Assembly (NCBI GenBank): GCA_030691735.1
Contig: JAUYDS010000122.1
Coordinates: 1-57,496 of the forward strand
Origin: Candidatus Aminicenantes bacterium
GTDB taxonomy: Bacteria > Acidobacteriota > Aminicenantia > Aminicenantales > UBA4085
Direction of reading: 5' to 3'
Length of the DNA stretch: 57,496 nucleotides
Shown here: in pieces, positions 19,705 through 29,787 of the stretch
Position numbering within the stretch: the stretch's first letter is position 1
Layout of the letters: the number at the start of each line of letters is the position of its first letter
Notes under the pieces: model-generated
Seen by the model: the letters and a program-made list of their open reading frames with translations, nothing else
The model's database searches: none
What the model was told of the DNA's origin: nothing
Translations under genes and position numbers: made by a program

Positions 19705-21402
19705 ATGGTCAGCCACGATATCCTCATCGTCGGTGGGGGGCTGGCGGGCCTGGCCGCGGCCTTGACCGCCGACCCCAAGCTCAACGTAGCGGTCCTCTCT
19801 AAAGTCCACCCGATCCGATCCCATTCCGTGGCCGCCCAGGGAGGCATCAACGCCGCCCTGGCCAATCACCCCAACGCGAAGGACGATACTTGGGAGAAAC
19901 ACGCCTTCGACACGATCAAGGGCAGCGACTATCTGGCCGACCAGGACGCCGCCGAGCTCATGTGCCAATTGGCCATCCCGACCATGTACGAGCTCGACCA
20001 CTGGGGCGTCCCCTTCAGCCGGTTCCCCGGCGGCGTGATCGCCCAGCGCCCCTTCGGCGGCGCGGGATACCCGCGGACCTGTTACGCGGCCGACCGGACG
20101 GGACAGGTCCTCCTTCACACTCTCTACGAGCAATGCATCAGGAAGAACGTCACGATCTATGATGAGATCGTCGTGACCAACATCGTTGTCCGCGACGGCC
20201 GCTGCGTCGGCCTCGTCGCCTACGACCTGGCCACGGGAGAGATCCGACCCTTCGCGGCCAAGGCCGTGATCTTCGGCACGGGCGGCTACGGCCGCATTTA
20301 CAAGCTCTCGACGAACGCCTACATCAACTTCGGCAGCGGCATCGGGATGGCCTACCGGGCGGGCATTCCGCTCAAGGACTTGGAGTTCGTCCAGTTCCAT
20401 CCCACGGCCCTCTACGGAAAGAACATTCTCATCACCGAAGCCGCGCGGGGCGAAGGCGGCTACCTCGTCAACAACAAAGGCCGGCGCTTCATGGAAGACT
20501 ACGCCCCGACAGCCATGGAGCTCGCCCCTCGCGACATCGTCGCCCGGTCCATCACGACCGAGATCCTCAAGGGCAACGGCTTCGAGAATGCCTATGTCCA
20601 CCTCGACCTCAGGCACCTGGGTCGGGAAAAGATCGAAAAGCGGCTCCCGGGCATCCAGGAGATCTGCATCAACTTCTCCGGGATTGATCCCGCGGACACC
20701 CCGATCCCCATCCAGCCGGCCCAGCATTACTCCATGGGCGGGATCGACGTCGATAAGAATTGCGCGTCTCTCGTCAAAGGCTTCTACGCCGCGGGCGAAT
20801 GCGCCTGCGTCAGCGTCCACGGGGCGAACCGGCTCGGCGGGAACTCCCTCCTCGACGCGATCGTCTTCGGCAAGATCGCCGGCGTCTCGGCCTCGAAATT
20901 CATCAACGAGGGCGGGTTCGCCGGCCCGCGGGACGCCGAGATCACAGCGGAAGCCAAGACCCTCACCGACCAGTTCGAGAGCATCAGGAAACGGGACAAG
21001 GGCCACAACGTCTATCAGCTCCTGAACGACCTCAAGATCCTGATGGGTGATAAGGCCGGCATCTTCCGCGACGGCAAACAACTCCAGGAGGGCCTCGACG
21101 GCCTGTCCGGGCTGAAAGAGGCCTCTCGGGACTCCTACATCTACGGAAGCTGCACCCGCTTCTGCCAGGAGTTCGTTACGCTCATCGAGTTCAAATACAT
21201 GACCGACCTCGCCGAGACGATCCTCCTCGGCGGGCTGAAACGGACCGAGACGCGCGGATCCCACTTCCGCACGGACTTCCCCAAACGCGACGACGACAAC
21301 TGGCTGAAGCACACCCTCGCTTCCTATTCGGACAAAGGCCCCGTCCTGTCCTATCGGGAAGTGAACGTCGACAAGTACAAGCCTCAGGAAAGAAAGTATT
21401 GA
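19705..21402 (+). CDS. sdhA: Succinate dehydrogenase/fumarate reductase flavoprotein subunit
   Basis: [16 protein letters not shown] (covalent FAD His), [36 protein letters not shown]. Confidence 0.95.
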   Translation: MVSHDILIVGGGLAGLAAALTADPKLNVAVLSKVHPIRSHSVAAQGGINAALANHPNAKDDTWEKHAFDTIKGSDYLADQDAAELMCQLAIPTMYELDHWGVPFSRFPGGVIAQRPFGGAGYPRTCYAADRTGQVLLHTLYEQCIRKNVTIYDEIVVTNIVVRDGRCVGLVAYDLATGEIRPFAAKAVIFGTGGYGRIYKLSTNAYINFGSGIGMAYRAGIPLKDLEFVQFHPTALYGKNILITEAARGEGGYLVNNKGRRFMEDYAPTAMELAPRDIVARSITTEILKGNGFENAYVHLDLRHLGREKIEKRLPGIQEICINFSGIDPADTPIPIQPAQHYSMGGIDVDKNCASLVKGFYAAGECACVSVHGANRLGGNSLLDAIVFGKIAGVSASKFINEGGFAGPRDAEITAEAKTLTDQFESIRKRDKGHNVYQLLNDLKILMGDKAGIFRDGKQLQEGLDGLSGLKEASRDSYIYGSCTRFCQEFVTLIEFKYMTDLAETILLGGLKRTETRGSHFRTDFPKRDDDNWLKHTLASYSDKGPVLSYREVNVDKYKPQERKY

Positions 21403-21416
21403 GGAGAGAGCCGACC

Positions 21417-22145
21417 ATGAGCACCACATTCAAGATCCTCCGGTTCGACCCTCCCAAGGACGAGCATCCCCACTTCCAGGAATATATCCACACGCCGATA
21501 CCCGGGGACACTATGCTCGAGGTCCTCAAGGAGATCCGGGACCAACAGGACCCCTCGATCTCCTTCCGCTACAGCTGCCGGGAGGCTGTCTGCGGATCGT
21601 GCGCCCTGACCATCAACGGCACGATCTGCCTCGCCTGCAAGACGCAGTTCGAAGCCCTCAAGACCGACGTGGTCGTCATCGAGCCCCTGCCCAACCTGGA
21701 GATCATCAAGGACCTGATCGTCGACTTCAAACCTTTCTGGGACGCCTACAATTTCATCCAGCCGTATCTCCAACCCGAGGGCCAGGCCGTCCCCGAAAAA
21801 GGTCACTGTGTCGAAGAGAAGGACATGGAGAAGGTTTTCCAATTCATCACCTGCATCCTGTGCGGCAGCTGTTACGCCGCCTGCCCGGTCGCCACGCGCG
21901 ACGGCCGCTACCTCGGCCCCGCCGCTCTGGCCAAGCTCTACCGCTTCGCCATCGATCCGCGGGACAAGCGCCCCTGGTCGGCGCTGGCCCGCGTCGACAA
22001 TCCGACCGGCGTCTGGGGCTGCGACACGGTCTTCCGCTGCAACGACGTCTGTCCCAAAGAGGTCCGGCCGGCCGACGGCATCGAGGGCCTCCGGAGGAAG
22101 CTGGTCGTGGACAGGACGAAACACCTATTTGGACGGAAAAAATGA
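21417..22145 (+). CDS. sdhB: Succinate dehydrogenase/fumarate reductase iron-sulfur subunit
   Basis: SCREAVCGSC, CILCGSCYAACP, CDTVFRCNDVCP; GAGGAG SD before ATG 21417. Confidence 0.95.
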   Translation: MSTTFKILRFDPPKDEHPHFQEYIHTPIPGDTMLEVLKEIRDQQDPSISFRYSCREAVCGSCALTINGTICLACKTQFEALKTDVVVIEPLPNLEIIKDLIVDFKPFWDAYNFIQPYLQPEGQAVPEKGHCVEEKDMEKVFQFITCILCGSCYAACPVATRDGRYLGPAALAKLYRFAIDPRDKRPWSALARVDNPTGVWGCDTVFRCNDVCPKEVRPADGIEGLRRKLVVDRTKHLFGRKK

Positions 22146-22600
22146 GAATCGACAACGCCTATTTCACCCGCCGCAAGTTCTTGAACTCGATCCTCGGCGG
22201 CTGGCTGGGGGCCGTCGCGGCCTCTTTCATCAGCCCCATCGTCAAATTCGTCTGGCCGCCCTACAAAGAGCCGGACGAGGTCAAGCTTGTCTTCGCCGAT
22301 TATTCCGGCATGCAGCCGGGCGAAGTGAAGAACTTCGCTTGGGGCAGCAAGCCCGGGCTCATCAAGCGGGCGCCGGACGGATCCTTCATCGCCTGGGTCG
22401 GCGTGTGCACCCACCTCGACTGCAACGTGGCCTGGCTCCCCGACAAGAAGCAGTTCTTCTGCGCCTGCCATGACGGCTGGTACGACGAAAACGGAACGAA
22501 CGTCTCCGGCCCGCCGCCCAAGCCGCTCCGGCGCCTCGAGTCGTCGGTTGAAGGCGAGGACCTCTTCGTCCGCAAGCCGGGCGTGGGAGCAAAAACATGA
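22142..22600 (+). CDS. qcrA: Rieske [2Fe-2S] protein of a Rieske/cytochrome b complex
   Basis: Tat-like TRRKFL anchor, CTHLDC and CACHDG boxes, GPPPKPL; ATGA overlap with sdhB. Confidence 0.9.
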   Translation: MRIDNAYFTRRKFLNSILGGWLGAVAASFISPIVKFVWPPYKEPDEVKLVFADYSGMQPGEVKNFAWGSKPGLIKRAPDGSFIAWVGVCTHLDCNVAWLPDKKQFFCACHDGWYDENGTNVSGPPPKPLRRLESSVEGEDLFVRKPGVGAKT

Positions 22601-23667
22601 AGATCGACATGAAAAAGCTCGCCGCCTGGTTCGACGACCGATTGGCCTTGACCCCCATCTTCAAATACATGACCAAGAAGGAAGTGCCCCAGCACGAGCA
22701 CTCCTTCTGGTATTACACGGGCAGTTCGATCCTCCTCTTCCTCTTCATCCAAATCGTCACGGGCATCATGCTCGCGCTCTATTACCAACCGACCCTCGAA
22801 GGGGCCACGGACAGCATCGGCCGGATCATGACCGAGCTTCCGCTGGGCTGGCTCATCCGCTCCGTCCACAGCTGGTCGTCGACGTTCATGATCGCCTTCG
22901 TCATGATCCACCTCCTGGCCATCTGGTTCACCAAATCCTACCGCAAGCCGCGGGAAGCGACCTGGATGACCGGGATGATGCTGCTTGTCGTCTCGATGGT
23001 CTTCGGCTTCACCGGCTACCTCCTGCCCTGGGACGACCTGTCGCTGTCGGCGACCAAGGTCGGGACGAACATCCCCATGGCCATCCCCGTGGTCGGCAAG
23101 TGGGTGACCCAGTTCCTCCGCGGCGGCGGCGACGTCACCGGCGACACGCTGACGCGCTTCTACCTTTTCCATGTCTGCATCCTGCCCCTTGTCATCTTCG
23201 CCATCCTCGCCGTCCACATCCTCCTCGTCCAAAAGGAAGGCATGAGCGTTCCTCTCAAGGACGAGATCGCCAAGAAGAAAGTTCCGGCCCTGCCCTTCTG
23301 GCCCAATTTCATCCTCCGCGAAGTCGTCATCTGGCTCGTCCTCCTCGGCGTCCTTCTGACCATCTCGCTGGCCTTCGCCCCCTCTCTGGAACTTACGGCC
23401 GACCTGATGGCCCCGGCCCCGGAAGGCGTCAAACCCGAGTGGTATTTCCTGTTCCTCTTCCAGACGCTCAAGATCTTCCCGGCCAACATGGGCCCCGTCA
23501 CCGGCGAGTTCGTGGCCGTGGTGCTCATCCTGATCGCCGTCGTGGCCATCTTCTTCCTGCCCTTCATCGACAACAAGCCCGAAGGGAAGAAAGGCAAGCT
23601 CATCCAGTACCTTGGCGTCGCCGGCCTGATCTACGCGATCGTCTTCAGCATATGGAGCCTGTTATGA
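22597..23667 (+). CDS. qcrB: Cytochrome b of a Rieske/cytochrome b complex (unsplit)
   Basis: Four heme His (RSVH..MIH; LFH..AVH), FTGYLLPWD, KPEWYFLF; ATGA overlap with Rieske gene. Confidence 0.92.
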   Translation: MKIDMKKLAAWFDDRLALTPIFKYMTKKEVPQHEHSFWYYTGSSILLFLFIQIVTGIMLALYYQPTLEGATDSIGRIMTELPLGWLIRSVHSWSSTFMIAFVMIHLLAIWFTKSYRKPREATWMTGMMLLVVSMVFGFTGYLLPWDDLSLSATKVGTNIPMAIPVVGKWVTQFLRGGGDVTGDTLTRFYLFHVCILPLVIFAILAVHILLVQKEGMSVPLKDEIAKKKVPALPFWPNFILREVVIWLVLLGVLLTISLAFAPSLELTADLMAPAPEGVKPEWYFLFLFQTLKIFPANMGPVTGEFVAVVLILIAVVAIFFLPFIDNKPEGKKGKLIQYLGVAGLIYAIVFSIWSLL

Positions 23668-24095
23668 GAAAGATCCGCGTTTTGTATCTCCTGGTGATGG
23701 TCCCGGTGGTCCTGGCCCCGCTGGCGGCGGTCGCCCAGCCATCGGGGGTGCCGCCGACCGTCAAGGACAAAGCCCAGATAGAGGCGGCGGTTGCCGCCCA
23801 GGCAGCGCCGACGCAGCAGGCCAAGCCCGCCCCCGCTCCGCCCGCCGCCAAGAAACCGGCGGCCAAGAAGGCCGAGGTCAAGAGAACGGAGCCGATCGTT
23901 CCCGCCTATTCCGGCATCAGGGAAAAGATGGCCGTCATCGTTTTCTACGTCTGGCTCTGGTTCTCGATCGCCGTCCTGATCTATTTCCTCCGGCTGTGGA
24001 TCAAGGAGGCCGACCGGGTCTACAAGGCCAAATACTACGAGCCCGAGGAGAGCCCGCGGAAGGACAATCCCATGGCCCCGGTGCTGGGGGATTGA
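23664..24095 (+). CDS. Hypothetical membrane protein (signal peptide, Ala/Pro/Lys linker, one TM helix)
   Basis: ATGA overlap with cytochrome b stop, host-like codon usage, no CxxCH. Confidence 0.72.
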   Translation: MRKIRVLYLLVMVPVVLAPLAAVAQPSGVPPTVKDKAQIEAAVAAQAAPTQQAKPAPAPPAAKKPAAKKAEVKRTEPIVPAYSGIREKMAVIVFYVWLWFSIAVLIYFLRLWIKEADRVYKAKYYEPEESPRKDNPMAPVLGD

Positions 24096-24159
24096 AACGC
24101 CGCTCATTTTTTTTCGGCCCGGATCGGCGTAAAGTGTAATCTTATCCTAAAGGGGACCC

Positions 24160-24411
24160 ATGGCAGACACAGAGCAGAAGAAAAAAGGTCTCGGGTCGGT
24201 CGTCATCAACGCCGAACGCTGCAAAGGCTGCGGCTTCTGCGTGGAGTTCTGCCCGACCCATTGCTTGGAGCTTTCCGAACAGTACAACGCCAAAGGCTAC
24301 CATCCCCCCGTGCTGACCCTCCCGGAGAAGTGCACCGGCTGCAACATGTGCGGGTTGCTCTGTCCGGATTTCGCCATTTACGGCTTTCTGTTCAAGAAAA
24401 AGAAAAAGTAG
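24160..24411 (+). CDS. korD: 2x[4Fe-4S] ferredoxin, delta subunit of 2-oxoacid:ferredoxin oxidoreductase
   Basis: CKGCGFCVEFCP and CTGCNMCGLLCPDFAI. Confidence 0.88.
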   Translation: MADTEQKKKGLGSVVINAERCKGCGFCVEFCPTHCLELSEQYNAKGYHPPVLTLPEKCTGCNMCGLLCPDFAIYGFLFKKKKK

Positions 24412-24420
24412 GAGATTCAC

Positions 24421-25590
24421 GTGAAAGCAGATCCCAAAGGCGTCGTGGCCGGCGCGTATTTCATTGACGGCGATCATGCCTGCGCCGAAGGGGCCATCGC
24501 GGCGGGCTGCCGCTTCGTGGCCGGATACCCGATCACGCCGTCGACAGAGATCGTGGAGCGGATCGCGGAACGCTTCCCGCTCATCGGAGGGATGTTCATC
24601 CAGATGGAGGACGAGATCGCCTCGTCCATCGCCATCCAGGGCGCGGTCTGGGGAGGCAAAAAGGCGATGACCGTGACCTCGGGCCCCGGTTTCTCCCTGA
24701 TGATGGAGCATATCGGCCTGGCGGCGATGACCGAAACGCCCTGCGTCTTCGTCGACGTCCAGCGGGGGGGTCCATCGACGGGGCTCCCCACGCTTCCCGG
24801 GCAAGGCGACATGATGCAGGCCCGCTGGGGTTCCCACGGCGACTACGGCATCATCGCCCTCTGTCCCAACTCTCCGCAGGAAAGTTTCGACCTGACCATC
24901 AAGGCCTTCAATTTGGCGGAGCAGTACCGCGTTCCCGTCCTGGTCATGCTCGACGAGTGCGTGGGACACATGACCGAGCGCGTCGTCGTCCCGCCGGCGG
25001 ACGAGATCGAGATCACTCCCCGCCGCTATTGGGACGGGCCTAAAGAAGGATTCCTCCTCTTTAAGGCCGGGCCGGACCGCGTGCCGCCCATGGTCAAAGC
25101 CGGGGACGGATACAACATCCACGTGACCAGCCTGACCCACGACGAACGCGGCTACCCCGTCATGACCGCGGCCGCCCAGGAGAAACTGGTCCGGCGCCTG
25201 ATCGACAAGATCCGCCTGAACTCCGACGCCATCGTCGAGTGCAGGGAAGAACAGACCGCGGGGGCCGATGTCGTCATCGTTTCCTACGGGATCACCTCGC
25301 GCATCGCCATCCCGGCCATCGAACAGGCCCGCCGGGAAGGCGTCAAGGTCGGGCATCTCCGGCTCATCACCGCCTGGCCTTTCCCGGCCAAGCGGATCCG
25401 GGAGCTGTCCCACCACGTCTCGTGCTTCGTCGTCCCCGAGATCAACTACGGGCAGATGGTCCGCGAAGTGGAACGCTGCGTCGCCGGGCGAACCCGCGTC
25501 GAGCGCGTCTCCCACGGCGGCGGGGCCGTCCACAATCCGAAAGACATCTACGCCAAGATCATGAGCTGCGGGAAGGAAGAACGGAAATGA
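24421..25590 (+). CDS. korA: 2-oxoacid:ferredoxin oxidoreductase alpha subunit
   Basis: AGYPITPSTE, QMEDEIAS, TSGPGFSLM, QRGGPSTGLPT; GTG start after AGGAG; substrate not determinable. Confidence 0.9.
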   Translation: MKADPKGVVAGAYFIDGDHACAEGAIAAGCRFVAGYPITPSTEIVERIAERFPLIGGMFIQMEDEIASSIAIQGAVWGGKKAMTVTSGPGFSLMMEHIGLAAMTETPCVFVDVQRGGPSTGLPTLPGQGDMMQARWGSHGDYGIIALCPNSPQESFDLTIKAFNLAEQYRVPVLVMLDECVGHMTERVVVPPADEIEITPRRYWDGPKEGFLLFKAGPDRVPPMVKAGDGYNIHVTSLTHDERGYPVMTAAAQEKLVRRLIDKIRLNSDAIVECREEQTAGADVVIVSYGITSRIAIPAIEQARREGVKVGHLRLITAWPFPAKRIRELSHHVSCFVVPEINYGQMVREVERCVAGRTRVERVSHGGGAVHNPKDIYAKIMSCGKEERK

Positions 25591-26462
25591 CCGAAGAATC
25601 CATGGACATCGACATGAGCATGCCGACCAACACAGTGGAGGAATTCCTGCGCATGGAGCGCATGCCGCACATCTGGTGCCCGGGGTGCGGCATCGGGACG
25701 ACGGTGAACTGCTTCGCCCACGCCCTCGAGACGAGCGGGCTGGACCTGAAAAAGGTCTCGATCGTCTCCGGGATCGGCTGCACGGGGCGCGTCGCCGGCT
25801 ACTTGAAGCTCGATTCCTTCCACACGACCCACGGCCGGGCCCTGCCCTTCGCCACGGGCCTCAAGCTGGCCAACCCCGACCTCAAGGTCGTCGTCTACAG
25901 CGGCGACGGCGACTTGACGGCCATCGGCGGCAACCACTTCATCCATGCCGCCCGCCGGAACGTGGACATGACCGTCATCCTCATCAACAATTTCATCTAC
26001 GGGATGACCGGCGGCCAGGTCGCGCCGACGACGCCCATCGGAGCGACGGCCTCGACCGCGCCCTACGGCAATTTCGAAGAGCCTTTCAATCTGCCCTATC
26101 TCGCCGAGTCGTGCGGGGCGGTCTACGTCGCCCGCTGGACGGCCTACCACGTCCGCCACGCGACCAAGGCCATCAAGGACGCCCTGCTGAAGAGGGGCTT
26201 CTCCTTCGTCGAGATCCTCGCCCCCTGCCCGACGCTCTACAGCCGGAGGAACCGGCTCGGGGACGGCCTCGACCAGATGAAATTCTACAAAGATAACAGC
26301 GAGATCAAAAACGGCGCGGACACGAAGACCCTGGGCTTGAGCTTCCAGGGCAAGATCATCGTCGGGAAGTTCGTCGACAAGGACAAGCCGACGTATCTCG
26401 ACTCCATGAACGCCTTCTACGCCCAGAAATTCGGCGATACGTATTCGCCTTACAAAGGATAA
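25587..26462 (+). CDS. korB: 2-oxoacid:ferredoxin oxidoreductase beta subunit
   Basis: WCPGCG, SGIGC, HGRA, TPP motif GDGD..NN, YGMTGGQ. Confidence 0.9.
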   Translation: MTEESMDIDMSMPTNTVEEFLRMERMPHIWCPGCGIGTTVNCFAHALETSGLDLKKVSIVSGIGCTGRVAGYLKLDSFHTTHGRALPFATGLKLANPDLKVVVYSGDGDLTAIGGNHFIHAARRNVDMTVILINNFIYGMTGGQVAPTTPIGATASTAPYGNFEEPFNLPYLAESCGAVYVARWTAYHVRHATKAIKDALLKRGFSFVEILAPCPTLYSRRNRLGDGLDQMKFYKDNSEIKNGADTKTLGLSFQGKIIVGKFVDKDKPTYLDSMNAFYAQKFGDTYSPYKG

Positions 26463-26467
26463 GTCCC

Positions 26468-27022
26468 ATGGCCAGAACGGAAATCAAGATCGGCGGGTTC
26501 GGCGGACAGGGCGTCATCCTCAGCGGCTACATCATCGGCCGGGCGGCGGCCATCTACGACTCCAAGCACGCGACCATGATCCAGGCCTTCGGCCCGGAAG
26601 CGCGCGGGAGCGCCTGCAGCGCCCAGATCGTCGTTTCGGCGGAACCCATCGCCTATCCCTATATCACCACCCCCCAGATCATGATCGTCATGTCCCAGGA
26701 AGCGTACACGAAATTCTCTCCGGAGCTCGCCGAAGGCGGGATCCTGATCACGGAAGAGGAGTTGGTCAAGACCCACAACCTGCGCAAGGACCTGAAGCAC
26801 TTTTCGATCCCGGCCACCCGCTTCGCCGAGGAGCTCGGCCGGAAGATGGTCCTCAATATCGTCATGATGGGCTTCATGACCTCCGTCACGGGGATCGTCG
26901 GGGTCGAGGCGATGCGCCAGGCGGTGAAAGTGTCCGTCCCGAAGGGGACGGAGCACTTGAACCTCAACGCCTTCAACAAGGGATTCGAGTACGGCGAGAA
27001 GCTCAAGTCCGGAGCGGCCTGA
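26468..27022 (+). CDS. korC: 2-oxoacid:ferredoxin oxidoreductase gamma subunit
   Basis: GFGGQGVIL, FGPEARGS, N..AF.KG. Confidence 0.9.
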   Translation: MARTEIKIGGFGGQGVILSGYIIGRAAAIYDSKHATMIQAFGPEARGSACSAQIVVSAEPIAYPYITTPQIMIVMSQEAYTKFSPELAEGGILITEEELVKTHNLRKDLKHFSIPATRFAEELGRKMVLNIVMMGFMTSVTGIVGVEAMRQAVKVSVPKGTEHLNLNAFNKGFEYGEKLKSGAA

Positions 27023-27047
27023 GCGATTCTGTCATTCTAGACAGTGC

Positions 27048-27161
27048 TGTCATCCTGAGCGCAGCGAAGGATCCGACTCGAAGAGTCGTCCCGAGTCTTT
27101 CGAGGGATCTCATCCAACGACTCGAAACCTAATGGGATTCTTCACTTCGTTCATCATGACA
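27048..27161. repeat. REP-like imperfect inverted repeat (TGTCATCCTGAGC family), copy 1
   Basis: TGTCATCCTGAGCGCAGCGAAGGATCC pairs with GGATTCTTCACTTCGTTCATCATGACA; a related copy lies at 31675. Confidence 0.75.
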
Positions 27162-27505
27162 ATTGATTAGCGCGGCAATCACCACAAACGATTCAAATCT
27201 CGGCGATCGCCACGTCTATTTCAGTGACAGTCAACTCAATCCCAAAATTCATATTTTTTGAGTTATCTGTCACCATAATTGTCAAGCCTGTTTCATATAT
27301 CTGATACTTCTTAGAGCATATGGGGCCTTGAGCGATTGTGAACTTGCGAAGGAATAGAGAAGTTTCGCATTTGACATACTCGTTTTTATTAATTACTTTT
27401 CTTTTTATAAGGGGAAGGAGAGACTCTGAAAAAAGTCTACGATCTATTGCCTGGACCAAGTAGATAATCCTTTATAATTTATTAAGCACGCAAAAGGAGG
27501 GGACA

Positions 27506-29776
27506 ATGACCATTCAGAAGTTCTGCAAACGCGGAAGAATTATCCTGGCCGTTTTCGCGATTCTTCCGTTTATTTCCGTTGTTCCTGCGTTTTCCCAGGA
27601 GCAAGGGGAGAAGCGGCAGCTCGTCGACATGCATCTTCCCCTTCAATGGACGCAGGGCTATACGCTCATTCTCCTGGACGAAAAGGACCTCCATGCCGTG
27701 AATGATGCTAAGGAATATATCGAGGAAAGTGGCGGTTCGATCGCGATCTTTTCCAACGCGAAGGCCATGCTCGGATGGGTCCCACGGACAATCGCCCCTC
27801 TCCTTGTCGGTAAGCACGGAATCAATTCCATTCATTACGAGCAGGTCGATGCCGGTACCCTCAATGCCCAGGACGAGATCTCGTTGTCCTTGGTCAAATT
27901 TTTCAATTCGGTTGTTACGGGTGAAGTGGAGCGGCAGTATCATTCCCTCCGTTGGCAGGGGGATCCGCTGGTCAATGATGTCCTCGAGCATCCCTTCGTC
28001 AACCCGGCCGAGGTCGCTAAGAATCTCGAGGACAAGAATATCGCATGGGATGCCGAGCTGGCCCGAACCGCGGCGAACGGAGGCGTTTTTCCGGGTTATT
28101 CCGATTCTATGACTGGCACTGTCGCTTGTTGCCTTTTTTTCGTCGAAAGTAATGGTACGATCGACAGTAATCTATATACGTGGACGACTTCAGCCAGAGA
28201 TCAAGTCATAAATCAATGTTTATCGGGGGCCTCCTGGTGGGCGAGTCGAGGGAGCTCCAATGGCATTTCGGTCTCGTTTTATATCTATTATTATTCACCT
28301 GACAGTTCGGCGATGAAGCAGGGATATGAGCCCATTCTACATAGGTCTAACGAAGATTCTCTATGGATTAATGCGATCATGGCAAATTTGGGGTATTCTT
28401 CTGGAACAAAATTTGACCGGGTCACGTCCTTTAATGGCTGGCTGAAAAGCTATGCGGGTTCCAATTGGGCATATCCATGTTTCTTCGCTTATAATCCTTC
28501 GGGCGCTCCCTCTACCTTCACCGACGGCTACTTTGCCTATGCCTATCCGGGCGGTCCCTACTCCCAAATGCTGTATCGTAACGATGGCTGGTCGATCTCT
28601 GATATCTGGAGTACCTACGCCCATGAGACGGGACATATTTTTTGGGCCTGCGATGAATATTATCAGGCCGGCTATGGGGGATGCACGAGCTGTTCTCCAT
28701 GCAGCAGCTATCGGCCCGTTACGAACGGTAATTGCGAACATCCGAGCTGTAATCCGGGCGGTTCCGTCGCTTGCATGATGAAAAACAGCAGTAATGCCTT
28801 GTGTTCTTATACGGTGGCCCAAGTCGGATGGCAGAGTTCACCTCAAACACAAATATTGACAATCCAATCCAGCTCCGGGGGAACGACGAACCCGACGCCA
28901 GGGTCATACACATATGATAAAAATAGTAGCGTGAGCGTCAAAGCCAATCCGGATGTCAATTATCGCTTTTATAATTGGTCCGGAGACGCCTCCGGGACAA
29001 GCAACCCCATAACCATTCTTATGGATCGGGACAAGACGATAAAAGCGAATTTTGTACGTCAATATAGCTTGACGATTCAAGCAGGCGAAGGAGGCACGCC
29101 ATCTCTTTCCCCTGGAACCTATAAATATGATACGGGAACGACAGTCGAAGTGACGGCCGTTCCAAACATCAATTATGAATTCGTCAACTGGAGCGGCAGT
29201 ATCTCCAGCACGCAGAACCCGGTGACGATCACCATGGATAACGATAAGACAATCATGCCCGTTTTCCGCCTGAAGCCCAAATTGACCATTCAGTCAAACG
29301 AGTTCGGGACCACGAATCCAAGTCCCGGCGTTTATTATTATGCCACCGGCACCCAGGTCCAAATCAGCCCCCTCCCCAAAACTTATTGTATTTTCATCAG
29401 CTGGAGCGGCGACGCGACGGGAAGCGCGGACCCGCTTGTCGTAACAATGGACAGGGATAAGACCGTCTCCGCTTATTTTCGGTACATCTATGGGCCGATC
29501 TTGACGGGACGAAAAGTTTTGAACCGGACCTTCTCGCAAGCGGAATACATCAATATCCTGTCCTGGCGGGCCGACCCGGCCAACGAGGGGCTGGACATCG
29601 CCCTATACAGAATCTATACCATGAGCGGCGATACTCCGACGCTGCTGGTTGAGCTCACGGGCGACCAAATTGAGTACTACCATCGCAAGGCGGGACAGGC
29701 GAGCATTCAGTATGCCGTTCGGGCGGTCACGAGCAGCGGCCGTGAAGGCGCGCCGGCCCTGGTCACCGTTCAATGA
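27506..29776 (+). CDS. Secreted zinc metallopeptidase with three B-repeats and an FN3-like C-terminal domain
   Basis: Signal peptide, HETGHIFWACDEY, Cys-rich segment with CMM turn, three LTIQ..WSG..MD.DKT repeats; AGGAGG SD. Confidence 0.85.
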   Translation: MTIQKFCKRGRIILAVFAILPFISVVPAFSQEQGEKRQLVDMHLPLQWTQGYTLILLDEKDLHAVNDAKEYIEESGGSIAIFSNAKAMLGWVPRTIAPLLVGKHGINSIHYEQVDAGTLNAQDEISLSLVKFFNSVVTGEVERQYHSLRWQGDPLVNDVLEHPFVNPAEVAKNLEDKNIAWDAELARTAANGGVFPGYSDSMTGTVACCLFFVESNGTIDSNLYTWTTSARDQVINQCLSGASWWASRGSSNGISVSFYIYYYSPDSSAMKQGYEPILHRSNEDSLWINAIMANLGYSSGTKFDRVTSFNGWLKSYAGSNWAYPCFFAYNPSGAPSTFTDGYFAYAYPGGPYSQMLYRNDGWSISDIWSTYAHETGHIFWACDEYYQAGYGGCTSCSPCSSYRPVTNGNCEHPSCNPGGSVACMMKNSSNALCSYTVAQVGWQSSPQTQILTIQSSSGGTTNPTPGSYTYDKNSSVSVKANPDVNYRFYNWSGDASGTSNPITILMDRDKTIKANFVRQYSLTIQAGEGGTPSLSPGTYKYDTGTTVEVTAVPNINYEFVNWSGSISSTQNPVTITMDNDKTIMPVFRLKPKLTIQSNEFGTTNPSPGVYYYATGTQVQISPLPKTYCIFISWSGDATGSADPLVVTMDRDKTVSAYFRYIYGPILTGRKVLNRTFSQAEYINILSWRADPANEGLDIALYRIYTMSGDTPTLLVELTGDQIEYYHRKAGQASIQYAVRAVTSSGREGAPALVTVQ

Positions 29777-29787
29777 AAGGAGCAGCC

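Noticed and set aside
16896-21429. Long antisense ORFs (16896-19145, 19429-21429; likewise 48139-50109 and 54743-56674)
   Set aside because: Shadow frames of well-supported genes, expected from strong GC3 bias
27193-27459. 88-aa ORF in an AT-rich spacer
   Set aside because: Atypical composition, no SD or motif; more likely the upstream region of the peptidase gene
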